Positions 42,587 through 55,740 of a DNA stretch of 64,000 nucleotides are shown here, one piece after another. Position numbers and translations under genes: made by a program. The DNA is taken from the NCBI GenBank assembly GCA_964035545.1, contig OZ037766.1:20200767-20264766 (forward strand), read 5' to 3'. The notes beneath the pieces are model-generated. The model had not been told where the DNA came from. It saw only the letters and a list, made by a program, of their open reading frames with translations, and ran no database searches. This DNA comes from Bugula neritina. Taxonomy: Eukaryota > Animalia > Bryozoa. Each line of letters starts with the position of its first letter. The first letter of the stretch is position 1.

Positions 42587-45500
42587 TAGCCCTTTGACTA
42601 CCATTGGCCACTCTGCTATAGGTAAGCCCACTGAGTTATATATTTTGTTATGATCATTTTAAGCAAAAGTAAAGAAGAAGGAGGTGATTTTCGTGTCCAG
42701 CTGTTTGTAATGAATATTCTATTCGATACGATTTAGTTTTTTGGCTTTTGCAAATAATGCTATATAGTCTAGACTCTAGAAGTAACTTGCCAGAATGTGC
42801 TCAAAAAATTAACTTATTTCACTTTACTCGGTGGCCACTCAAAAAAGTTGTCTCTAGACCAAAATTTTGTGCTGATTCTGAATCTACAAACTCTAGAATC
42901 TTATCTCTACCCAACCTCAGGCCATTGCAAAGAACAAATCCATATCTTGAATGGGTAATAGAAATAAACCCGACCGTGCAAATAATAGCATCCACTATTA
43001 ACTAGCTGTCTATAAATAACAATATTTGGTGAGAAACCAAAATTGGTTGTTTCTTTTTTAAAACTCTACACTGACTCTGAATCTATAAATTGCAAAACAC
43101 TATTTTTATTCAAAACCAAGTTGTCAATAGAAACACTTGTTTGCTATATGAATGAGATACGTATGACATATTTGGCAGAAGCATATGAAAGGAGCTAGTT
43201 ATGTAAGATCGAAAGCCTTTTATACTGATATGTAAAAGAATTAAGTGTTTGAAAAATATACATATTATCGATTCATTTTGCAATCTTTTAAGCACCGACC
43301 AAATGAGTCTTCTATTGATTTGGCAGTAATCACTAAATATGTGTAAAAAAATAACAAGATTCTGTATATGTATTTTAAAATCACAAAAATATGAAGAAGA
43401 TTGAAACATACAATGTAAATTTCTTGTTAATTGAAGCAAATTATATAACAAATGTTTCAAAGTAGTGCTTCATTGCATTAACTATAAAAATTTTTTACCA
43501 TTACTGCCATCAATTTCATTTGTGTATTTTTCTCCAAAGTATTTTTTGTTTGGACAATTCTTACATTGGCGTACACACTTCACAGTGCACTGCATTTGAG
43601 ATTTCTGACATTCACATCAGGATGTATTGCAACTGGTTTTACACCAGCGGTATAATATGTTTTTAATGCATTTTTGGGCACAAGGGCTTGAGTCAGTCAT
43701 CTTATAGTGATGCTGCCATTCTCAACAATTTCTACCCATAATATTGTGGAAATGGAGCATTGACAAAAGCAATTGTTGCCCTTCTCTAGGTGGCTGTCTG
43801 ATCAATATTTTACGTGCAGTATAAGTTCACTTTTTGTGGGGAAAGCTGCAAGTTTTATTGAGCCGTCTTTAAGTTGGAGAACAGAATACAGCATATTAAA
43901 CATCATCTATGCTTATTTACAAACTTCTCTATTTAAGTAGTTTCAGTTGTGACTTGCAATATACTTTCCAAGCTGTTCAAAGCTTTCAGCACATTGTAAA
44001 TGTGTTTTCAAAAAGGAGTAAATTGGTCACTTTCTTTTTCCATAAAAGTGCTAATCAAATCACAACCTGGTTGAGCATGAAAGCCAGGAAGTGCTGCACT
44101 GCACGAAACTCATATCCAAGTTCATTTGCAGCAGAATTGACATCTAAATATCTCATACAGGATCACCACGTTATGTGAATGGATATACATTTTCAAATAG
44201 TAATATATTGCAAATATTGGGAATTTATTGTTATGCACAATGATTGAGAGAACATTCTTCAGGACATAATATTTTACATGTGAGATCATGCGTGTAGGTT
44301 GATTGATTGATTTATTACATATCACAAACATGACAACACGTTGCAAAATTCAGTGTAAATACTGGCTATAATAAGTAGGAATGAACAAAAATAAGAGAAA
44401 AAATCAAAACTCTGTTGGATTATTTAAAATAAAAGCTCATTTAAAGTATTTACAAGATGTCGCAAGAAGCTATCTCTGCCCCATGCCCCTCTATATTTTA
44501 TGGTTCGATATCTTCCAGAAGGGCATTGACTAAGAAAGTTATTGATGAAATGGTCATTGTCTGTTATATATTTGATGGCAAGTTCTTTAGTGAGTTTCTG
44601 AATGTGCAAATCAATGTTTAGATACTTAATTCCGAGTTTTGAGCAATCTTTGAGAATTCTTCGAATAGCCTTTTTATCACTGGCATAGATACAAGTAAAA
44701 ATAGTAGGTAGACAATAGGCGATGCGGGACATGATGAAACTTTTGAATAGCATATTTGCTAGAGGTTTAGAGCTAAGATACGCAAAATTCTTCACAATAT
44801 ACATTCTTCTTGATGCTGATGTTACTACTGATTGTACATGTTCATGAAATCTCAAATTCTGATCCACTAACACACCAAGATATCTCACTTTTTCAGACAA
44901 TACAATGTTTGTTCCATTCAATACGAGAGTAGGGGTATGAGGTTTAGCACGTTGGGTTGAGAACATCATTTCTTGGGTCTTACTAGGGTTTAATAATAGA
45001 TTTAAATCATCACATTGCTTAGAAATTCTTTTAATCTCGTCAAAGTAAATATTTAGATCAGACTGTTTGCCAATGCAGCCAATAATGCAAGTATGTGTCT
45101 CATTACACTATACTTCGGTTTTCTTATGAACTCTGCCATGTTTTGAAAGTTCTAGCTAAATGCAGTTTTCTTCAATTCCCACAGCTAAGAAAATATCTCT
45201 CTATAGCCTTTTTTCACCCTATGTTTTTCACAAAAAAGCACTATAATTGCAAAAGTTGACAAGAAATTTTTGATTTGAACAAAAAAATGCTGTTCCATGA
45301 CCACATATCATGCCTTGATCTCTCCATAATTATTCTTAAAACTGGTTTCTCGATAAGTCACAGAAAAAATCTATCATGCATGAAGAAGAGAAATGGGCTT
45401 TTACAACAATTTTTGTAAGGAATGTATCAGCATGCAACCCAAATGTAGGAACAGCGTTCACTTCTTAAAGTTTGCCATTTCATCAAAGAAAATAGTAGGT

Positions 45501-46553
45501 TTTTAGGCAGGAGTATGTGTGAAGCATAGCAGTCTGCAGTCAATTCTATTTCAATAACATCCATGGGAGCACATACATACGTTTATAAGATTCTTATACA
45601 TGATATAAGATTGTGTTTAACGTATCATATAGGTATGAGGTGTTATGAATTGTCTACCAGAACCAGACTCTAAATGGGCCTGCAAGTACAGAGCGATTTT
45701 AATGGAATTGAGAGCGGGTAATCTGATGCATGCGAGTTAATTTTATCATAAGTTGATATTAGTTATAGCAATGCTTATATGTGTTTGACGAGGAAATTTT
45801 CATTAGACTCGTACTTTCATTGCTATCATCTAAGCTTCTCCCATACTTTCTAATGTTATAGCAAAAATGCTGTCTAAAATTGTGTAGGGATATTTTTATA
45901 ACAGCAACACATGCCTAGGTAGTCCTTACCTTAAATGTGTTGGGTCTGTGCTAATTAACTTGCTCAAACTTGTGGTGATACCTGGTGTTAGTTTTTCTGG
46001 TTTACTCAATTAGTCTAGATTTTAGAACAGCTTGGCCTAGTTTTCTTGTGAGAAATTATTCTTTTTTGTGACACATGATGCACATAAAAGAAGTATACTT
46101 GCCCATGATTTTTGAATAAGGCACCACATCAAATTAGTAACCATATTTAAAGTCATTAGCTTTAATAATTTCAAAATATTTAATTCCAATTGATACAGAA
46201 TTAGGGAAAAACAATTCCTTTAAAAGTTTTTAAAGAGCTTTGTAACCTGCTGGGTGGACAAAACAGTCTAGAAATTTTACAAAGTATCTATGGTCATCTG
46301 CAAATTTTTTTACCTGTATATAAACTAAATTAGTTTTAATAATTTCAAGATACTTGACTGATTTAGACAAAAGTAAAGAGAAGACAACTCTTAATTTATT
46401 TTAAAAGTTTGAGGGCTTTTGTGGCTAACTGAGTGCACAGAACGCTCTAGAGTTTTCAGATTAATTCAGACTCTTAAAACTTTCAATTTCTGAAAAAATG
46501 ATGTGGTCACCCCTCGGAGTGTAAAGATTCAAGGATAAATGAAGGTTAGGCTA
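42587..46553 (-). mobile_element. Degenerate AcademX-like DNA transposon (XPG-like domain plus Cys-rich finger), interrupted by a LINE fragment
   Basis: Minus-strand frameshifted remnants 'ALPGFHAQPGCDLISTF' (~44030-44100), 'FPTKSELILH' (~43820-43850), Cys cluster ~43550-43620 and 'IFFDEMA' (~45480). Inverted subterminal similarity between ~42820-42900 and ~46440-46520. Ends approximate. Confidence 0.6.
44300..45090 (-). mobile_element. 5'-truncated LINE (RT C-terminus, ORF 44424-44969) with AATAAA and (AATC)n tail
   Basis: LNPSKTQEM, RYLGVLVD..LRF..HV and LFKSFIMSRIAY motifs; simple-repeat 3' tail. Confidence 0.85.
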
Positions 46554-47399
46554 CTTCCAGACTAACATTGTATTTTTCCTTGTGCATAAATAGGGACTAA
46601 AGTGAATCTAACTTCAGTAACTGAAAATGGAGAGTAGGTATGACCTAAATTTAATAATATTTATAAGTACATATAAGAGAGTATGTGACCCGCTACCCGA
46701 ACAGGACAAATCGGAGATAGGTGAGAATAGAATAAGAGAGTATGTGATGGAAAGAGGGAGAGGGAAGAAGTAAGAGGGAGAGGGAAGGAGAGGGCAGAGT
46801 TTTGTTAATATGAAGTTTCTGAACGTACGTCACTTATGTGCATACATGCATTTCTTAAATTCTTTTTTTACTGGATGCATTATTCAACCAGCCAGACATA
46901 GTTTTAGCAGACCATTTAATTCTGCATGTAGGTTTCAAATTATTGTTCGGCTCACTACATAGTTATTTAGTACAGTGCCATTACGTTACTGGATTTAGAA
47001 AAGGATAGCAACAGTAACAATTTTACAGAGCATTAGCTACTGAGAGTTTTATTAGAAATAGATATAGATAAGATAAATACTGCAGTCTAAAATATATGAC
47101 ACATGCAACTTTGTCATTTCAAAAACAATTTTACAAAAAAACTTTTATAAAATGAAAAAAAGAGAAATTTGTGACTAGTTATTAGCACCAAACATAGTCT
47201 TCCACTATATAAGGAAAATCTGAAAGTTGCATAAAACAATCTGGCACCAAGTTAGATGAAGATGTGGAAGAGCTCAACATGCTTCGATATTTAAATACAA
47301 TATGTACATTTAAATTTTATAAAACAACTAATGGCCTTTGAAACTAAAACAACAAATGATTTTTAATGGCAAGGACTCTTAAATTCCATTCTTAAGATA

Positions 47400-47610
47400 A
47401 TGTCCTGATAGTGGTAGTAGTGGTAGCAGTGGTAGCAGTGGTTGCAGTGGTAGCAACAGCAGCATTAGTAACAGTTGCAGTAGTGAAAATAAAGTCCTAG
47501 CAATAACACCTAATTGTAATAATAGTAATGAATAATGAAAATAATATCTATAGTAAAAAAGTAGCAGTAATAACAGTAGTGGTAGTAGTAATAACAGTAG
47601 CAATATTAAA
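47400..47610. repeat. Degenerate TAG/CAG/TAA trinucleotide tract downstream of paralog B
   Basis: Visible triplet repeats; they explain the poly-Leu ORF 47379-47675. Confidence 0.8.
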
Positions 47611-47655
47611 CATAGCCAGTATAAATTTAAATTTAAAATAAAAGTGTTGGAATTG

Positions 47656-50600
47656 TTAGCAATTATGTTTTTCATTTAAAACCTGTGGCTTCAAAGTACC
47701 CTGTTGTTCTGGAGAAATGCTAGATTTGTGAGCTTCATCTATACAACCACCTCTGGTTGCGCTACAACCTATGACTGCTGAATGTGCGGAGTGACTCGAG
47801 CTATCTAGTCTTACAGAAGATCTGCCATCAGTAACCAAGTCGATGTCTGAGCTGTAGACACTGGCTCTATCAAACTCCCAGGTCTTTGGTGCCGGTGGCT
47901 TGTATTTTTCAGCCATTTTATCATCACAATCTCTCAGTTCATTGTCAGGAGCCAGAGCTTGATGAGGTGATGCGTTTATTATATTGTTTATTACATTACT
48001 ACAATAAGCCCTACGGGTAATCAACATAATCACTGAAACACCTAACGCAACTATGATCAAGCCTAGAACAATAACTACTGCATGGAGACTGGTGAAAGAT
48101 GGAGAGACCGAATACGTAGCACCGGCTGTTTGGTCTGTGACAAAGGTTTGTAAAACTGTAGTTGAAGGATGGTAAACCCGCTTGTGTACAGTTCGGGAAA
48201 ACAGTTGGTTTGATAGAGTAACAGCACACTCAGTGTAAATCATCAGCTGCTCAGTTAAAATAAGGAACCCATCTACAAATCACAAAAACATTAGTTTTTA
48301 GTAAATCTACATTATTTCAAATATGGTTAGGAACAGTAGTGGAGAAATTAAGATAGCCTAAGTTCTTTAATTTTATTATTAAATTTTGGTTTGGGGCGCA
48401 GGTTGACATTCCTGCGAGAACATAACTTATTTCACTACATTTCTAATTTAGAATACAGGCTTTTTCCAATTTCTCCATTACGGCACCTACCTCCACTTCC
48501 TATGTAGCTTGCTACGTGTAAACAATTTAGAATTCAAAATCTTACTGACAAAGTAAGATAGACAAAACTCATTGTAGAATTTTGGAGTCATCTTACCACT
48601 AGTTTCATTGGCTATAGTGTCCTTGTCGTTACACAGCAGATGTTTCTGTTCAGGGTAAGGAAAACCAACTACCTGAACCAGTTGAAGTTTGTGAACAGGA
48701 CCTAAATTTAGCCATTTCAGTTTAAAGCTGGGCTTTTGGTAATCTACAATCGAATGTATGTTGTCTTTCTGAGTAAAAGGTCAAAACATGTAAGCAATTA
48801 ACATGAACTCAATAATTTCAGTACAGCTTTCTGAATAAAATAATTGTGTTAACATTGGCTAGACTACCATTACTATACTAAGCAAATAAACTGAGTAATT
48901 CTTCAAAAAAAGTTTAATAGTCCAAATTTCAATATTCATTTCGTGAAAATGGCAGTTTGAACAGAAATATAATTCTATGCACCTAATATTATTGAAATTA
49001 CTACAATTTAATGCACCTTTTAGAATCAACAATTAAATTGTGTATCATTAAATAATCTACCTAGTTTATAACACATGGAAGTTGTAGGCTGTTACTTTAC
49101 TGAAGTGCAGTACAACTATCATTTTACAGTTTCTACTATTGCCTTAAGCCTGTTTTTGTACTAGTTCATCATAATGAGTAAATTGTACGATTTCATAACT
49201 TACTCATATTATTACCAATAATTATTCTTATATTTAAAAAAATTCTTTTTGGCTCCTATAACCAGTAAGCAAAAAACATCAATATATTGGATTGGCAACC
49301 AATAAGACACTACAGCCTAGTCTATCATTCAGTCAAATCTATACACCTATTGTGAAAAATTGACCTCACAGAACTGTTGAGATGTACATGTATGTTGTAG
49401 AAATGAAAGAACTGAACAAGTATCTGATCTTTACAATGACATTATGGTTGTAGATTTGAGCTTTTTATCAAGTTTCAAGGTTATATAAGAAACAGAAAAA
49501 TTAATCTTAGACAGGAAACTAAAGATTGCTTCAGAAAAAAATTGTGCAACTATTTATAGAGGCATTTATTTTATACCGAGCTTACAAAATGTTGTAGAAT
49601 TTATAGTGATTATGGCACACATCTTTGATTAACTGAGTTTCAAAATACCAGAAAAAATAAATTCAAAACTTAAATAAGCTTTAGTGAAGCTCATAAAAAA
49701 CACAAGTTGCTAATATTTTACTATCTGGCCGCACATTATTTTCAGAGATAAATAATTTACAGTTGACACAAAAACATCTTTCATAAATAAACATGTTTCT
49801 TCACCACTCACTTTTTTTTATAAAAAATCAAATGCCTAATACTAAAAAAATTCTACAAATAAGTAATTATTGGCGGCAGTTTAAGGAATGAGTACGTAGA
49901 AATTATTTTCATTTACTGTTTGATTAGAAAATGATTGGTTGTGACAGAACCTTATTATGTGTGTTGGCTATTTCAGTGGATAATCAGATGTATTGAAGTC
50001 AAAGGTATACCTTACATATGACTAACTTGATATAATGATGAATAAACACAAGAAACAGGCAAACTAAGGCAGTTTACCTGTAGCACAGTTGTTGTAGTGT
50101 ATGCAGTATGCACCATATAATACATATATTATATAACAGAATATAGATGAGCTATAGAGCTGCAGAGCATATTACACATGTATATGAATTGAGGTACCTC
50201 TAGCTGTGGTAACGATGAGCATACAGACATCTCGACCTTCACTCTTTACCACAAACAATTCATTTCTTTCCAGATTTCTAATCTCATTCAACAAGTCAGG
50301 CACTCTGTGTAGAAAGTTTAGTTGGCAAGTCCCAGTTGCAGAATCTTCTTTATGGCATTCTTGTTGTTTAACATTAGGAATTTCAAACCTTTGAAAGTTT
50401 TGTTGCTTCTAGAAAATTCAATACAACAATTTTATACAAACATATGATCAAAGTAGTATTACAGTATTTAGAATAGCTGTAAATGAACCATATTAGGGAA
50501 GCCATGTTATTGCAGATTATTTGTAGACCACAGAGGGCTTGTTTGTCATGTTACAAAAAGACAGCTACTAAATGGGAAGTAAAATTCAGCTTGAATTTCA

Positions 50601-52730
50601 ATTATATGTGTAAGAATCAGTGGGGAGTAGTGGACTTTTTTGCATACATATATCATAGTAGTTAGTACCCACATAATCTAATCCCATAAACTAGATTGGG
50701 GGCAGTATTTAAGTTTTCAATTGCAATACAAACCATTTAAATGCAATGAGTGACATGCAGGATTCATTAGCAACCAGCATATTTTAACAACTATACATAA
50801 GCTATGCCATTTAAATCATGCAGGAATACTTGCATAAGTATCTATCTTTATCTCCATGGTAATATTAAGATACAAAAGATGTTCAGACTTGACTTGATAT
50901 GCATAATGGGTGTGAGGGTTTCTTCTGTCAGCTGCCACAGACTGGCCATCTATCATCACAGTGCACTCACCGCTAACTAGAAATGTCAACAGAACATTAC
51001 AAGATTTGAAAAGTTGGTGACAATCCAGCATAGGGTATACAAAACATGAAAATGGGAAGTAAGACATTGTATAAATGGGCTGCTTCTTAATTGTATTGAA
51101 GCTTTAAGTCAAAACAATTTCAGGAAAAAACGTTTTGTTTGACACTTTTTGACATTACACTGATGTAAGCATAACAAAGAAACCACATAACATTTGGATC
51201 TAGATTTTTAAAAACTCATTTCATGTAAGAGTAACTTGATGGAAGCCTTAAATGTCCAGCTCTATTGTATTAGGTGTTGTGTAGAAAATTTGGGCGCATA
51301 TGTTAGGCAAGAGCTCAGCAGCTTTTAGATTCTATTCGAAAATGCTAAAATGTTCGTGTTTAATATACACTAACACTACGGGGATGTGTTGGAGGTGCTA
51401 GGCAATGATGAAGAGCATTCAAAATCTTCTATTGGGAATGTTTAATAGTCAGTAAACACTCTAAAGAGATCAGTCATAAACCAGTGACTGGAAGGCAGGT
51501 TTAGTATAACACAGGTCATGGGTTTGAGTCAAGGTAATGTCAGGAAGATCATCAGGCTATAATTGCTCTTGTGTCACTGCAAAAGCCCTCAAACCATGCT
51601 GCAGCATACAGTAAGAGGCACAGTCCCTAGTCCTCTTGAGAAACTGCTTGTCATCAGTGATTTCACAGGAATGGGGACTTTTAAAAACGCGTTTCATTAT
51701 CAACACTACGCAAATTTGTTTGAAGTGTTAGACAGTGGCTAAAAGCCCCTGGAATTATATGTATTGAAATGGTATTACATAGATGAGAACCTTAATAACC
51801 CAAGTTCTTAAATTGCCTTGGTGTCCGTTGGTTTGGGGTTGAAATTCTCAAGAGGAACATAACTCTGTTACAGATTTTTTATTTAAATCACAGGCTTTCT
51901 CAATTAATTTTTCCATTACAGCATAACAGCGAATTTGGTAAGCTAAATAATAGATTATAAGTTGCATAATTATAGTTGGGTAATATAATTATAAGACGAT
52001 CATCATATTTTTTTCAGGAGGTCAAACTTTCAAGAAAAAGACATATCTACAACAAGGCAATCAATTCGAAAATAATCAACTATGAAAAAACTACAATTTT
52101 GAAAGTTTTGTGAGTTGATTGTTTGAGCACGACATACAGCTGCACACAATTTACTTGATAAGTCAAGTTACCAACAATTACAGCCTACATTTGGTACACT
52201 ACTAACATATGGTTAAATATCTCAATAATATAAACCATCAAACGTTTTGTGTCAACTTAGAGCAAAGTTGTTTAGCCAGTTTTTAATTTTTCTGCCGTAT
52301 ATAATTTTAAACTTGAACAGTTTTTTAATATGATTTTATCAACTTTTAAAACTTCAATATATTGTGTGAATTGTTTGCTGTTACTTAAAAATTGCTGATA
52401 CCGCCTCATGGCGTTTCAAGTTCATATATATACTTAAAACGCTGCAATCAATGTGTCTTGGCTGTTTTGGCTTCCACGCTTCTCCAACCTAACTAATACT
52501 TGAGATATTAAGGAAAAATTTAATTAAAATAATCATAGCAACATAGGAAATTAAATAAAGCATAAATTTTGCAAGTAAAGTGATCTGCCACAACACTAGT
52601 GTACTATGCATAACTTGCAACAACAAATATTAAGATAATGCATTTACACCCATGCAAGTTAGTTTCAACAATGCTCACCTAATATCCAAAACACAGAAGA
52701 TAAGATTACACAGGAAAGTGACATCTGCAT
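47656..52730 (-). CDS. Type I membrane protein with Ig-like ectodomain, paralog B; exons 52730-52679, 50976-50834, 50408-50198, 48743-48597, 48272-47656
   Basis: Signal-peptide exon MQMSLSCVILSSVFWILG; same intron phases (1,0,1,1) as paralog A, with intron 2 GC-AG; GFPYP..LLC and YTECAVTLSN motifs; TM segment AVVIVLGLIIVALGVSVIMLI followed by TRR; tail contains GCIDEA. Confidence 0.82.
51505..51690 (+). mobile_element. Degenerate SINE related to the copy at 57960-58147
   Basis: B-box-like GGTTTGAGTC and shared core TGTCAGG...ATAATTGCT. Confidence 0.5.
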
Positions 52731-53899
52731 AGGTAGACTCATATCTTATCTCATTCATCTCACACAAATGCATATATCTAATATCTAAAAGGGTTACTAT
52801 AACTGTAACTAGCAGATTGAACAAAGATCAAGATACAATTTGTAATCTTGAAGAAAAAAAAATTGAAAGCAAGTAAACAAGTAAAAGTATATACAAAAAA
52901 TTGATGTACAGTTCAAACTACAAACAAATAGCAAAGTATAAAATTTAGTAACGATATGACTACAGAAAGCAGAGACTGCAATTCATACTACTAGCAAATA
53001 TCTCAAATGCAATATACCATAGAAAACTCATTAGATTTCAGTCTTTTACAAACTCTAAAAGTCTAATAGTGACACCCCACCATTACAGCCACTAGTTTAG
53101 GAACAAATGTGTGCTTTCAAAACAATAGTAACATAAAAGTTTTTGTTCCATGCACCATTACTATCTTTTTTCAATTGTATATAATTTGAATTTCATTCGA
53201 GCAGAATTAATTTTTTAATTTAAAATGGTCTTTTTTGTTTCAGACTACAGTTCAAACTTCATTTTAGTATAGCTGTAAGCATATATTATAACTATATTTA
53301 CTTTATAAGTATAAATTTAAAAAATAATCCTAAGACTTAAATTAAGATAAGCAAATACTACTATTAATTAACTATTAAGAATGGAAAATTAAATTTAGTA
53401 TATATAGCAATTATATCATAGATATATAAAATATTAATAATAGTCTAATACTAAAAGTACTTTAAAGTTTATACTATTATTATTACAATTATTATTATTA
53501 CTTATAAATTGTAAGTCTAATCATTATAATTTTTATATTTATAGTAATAGTAAAACTAATAGTTATACTCACTCTGTGACGATAGAACATTCAGTTATCA
53601 CAAAATGTTCAAGTTAAATGCCTCATTTATAACAGTGCGTTACAGTGGGCATGACAAATAATCGTCACATCACATCACTGATTTGTTGTCACTTGAGAAA
53701 ATTTATTCTCAAGTACCGGTATGGTTGGAGTAAGAAAACAGTTGTGCCAAGTCTTTGCAGCTATTGATGTCAACTGGCTTCTGCTCTCAGTTCTAGTGAA
53801 CACAGTTGTGTTAATGATCTCATCATAGTTATAAAATTGAGTGTTATTGAATGCTTCATTTTCTATAAATTTTGAAAAATGTCTTCAGGTGATTTCGTC

Positions 53900-54180
53900 T
53901 CCTGGATTTTAGCAGTATGAGTTAGAAAAGCTTTTCGGCTTCAGTGACACTTTCACGTCCTTTCTGCAGCAGGCTATGCAGTACTCTATCAAAAGCTTTT
54001 TAAAAATTAAGACAGGAGATTATGCAAGTTTTTTTCTGTTCCATTGAATTGAGAAGATCATGGAAAGTGGTACATATCTGGGTCTCACAAGACATTCCAA
54101 TGCTATACTGGAGAACCAATGTTGTCTGTGGTCAAGAAGGGTATCTAGTATTTTAGTGATGTGATGAATGACAATATGTT
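53900..54180 (-). mobile_element. Degenerate LINE RT fragment
   Basis: Minus-strand 'ETQICTTFHDLL...NF*KAFDRVLHSLL'. Confidence 0.65.
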
Positions 54181-54777
54181 TAATAACTTTATATAATGTT
54201 AGTATTGATGTGACGGAAGTAGGCCTATAAGTACAAATTTGGTTAGCCTCTCCTCATTTGTAAATTAGGGTCAGATTTGTCATATAAGTATATTCCATTA
54301 TGATTATTATTATACAAGCGCATTACTATAGTAATACCAACAGTAACAGTATTACAACAAATATTAGTATTAGAGTTTGATTATTAACATTATGTCTATT
54401 GTTTATTAAACGTAGCGTTAGTATTACTATAACTATTGGTACTACCCAGTCTTGTACTACTATAACTACTACTACAGTACTAGTAGTACTAGTAGTAGTG
54501 GTACTACTACTAGTACTTAGGCTATAGTAATACTAATAGTTAATCTTAATGTTATATTAGTATTATAATATTACTTATACTTACAGTTATTACTATGTCT
54601 AATACTATAGTTACTAGTATTAGTATTACTATTAGTATTACTATTAGAGTATTACTATTAGTACTAGACTCAGACTTAGAGTTACTGCCAGTGTTGGCAT
54701 TAACTCACTAACTCAGTAAGTTACTGAGTTAGTGAGTTAATGCCAACGTTAACAGTTAGTGTTACTGAGTAACACTA

Positions 54778-55740
54778 CTTGACTTACTTGACTTACTTGA
54801 AGATGCAATCACGTTAGACCACTATATTAGTGTAAGCGACGTGCCTCGTTTGGTGAACAGAATTATTAAATGTAGTTAATACTTTTATCGCATAAGTGCA
54901 GTTCTGTTTTAAGACTTTGGTGCCAGTACAGGGCCTTATGAGTCCTGTCTGTGAGCAGCATTTGATGTTATTTTCATATCACGTATTGTTCTGGGTAGGA
55001 AGCTGGCATGAAATAGTGAGGTGTTAGTTCTAAAAGTGGTGGGCATGCCATTTGACTGGGACCTGGTGGTAACTGATGTAGTGGGCTGATCGATGAGGTG
55101 TTCATACGACTTTGAGAGTGAAGGATGATATTCCTCTTTGGCCAGGATCCGCATCAAGAGACTAAGTCTGTTTTGCAGGGGGGTTAATCCAAGCCTAGAT
55201 CTTGCCTCATCTGAGCCAACCCTGCCTTTAATACCTGCCACAAATCTCACAGCCTGCTCTTGCACTTGCTCAATATCTACTACAGCCTTCTTGGAGCTGG
55301 GGTCCCACACAGCAGCAGCATATTCTAGGTGAGGACGACACAGGGCTTTGTATGCTATTAACTTCACCTTTTCTGGTGCCCAATACAGTGCCCTTTTAAT
55401 CATCCCGAGTTGTCGTTTTGCTGTGAGTAATTTCTGCTGGATATGCATGTCGAACTTCAGGTCTGATTGTATTGTGACACCAAGATACAACGCGTGGTCA
55501 ACAACTGCGAGAGTCTGGCCTCCAAGTGAATAGTTATGTGTGAATTTTTTGTTACTAAAGATGATGATCTTGCTTTTTTTTACATTGAAAGACATACCCA
55601 TCCTACATGCCCAGGAGTCCAAAGAGTTCAGGTTGTGCTGAAAACGGGCTGTGTCCTGCTGGCTTGTGATGGTCTGGTACATTAAGGTGTCGTCTGCAAA
55701 TAGGGCGACTGGGCAATCTACCTCGTTTGGAAGGTCATTA
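54778..55740 (-). mobile_element. 5'-truncated LINE (RT C-terminus, ORF 54936-55682) with (AAGTAAGTC)n tail
   Basis: INDLP, LFADDT, FNVKKSK, YLGVTI and RPHLEYAAAVWDP motifs; short tandem 3' tail. Confidence 0.9.

Noticed and set aside
47379-47675. Poly-Leu ORF resembling a membrane peptide
   Set aside because: It is the translation of a trinucleotide low-complexity tract.
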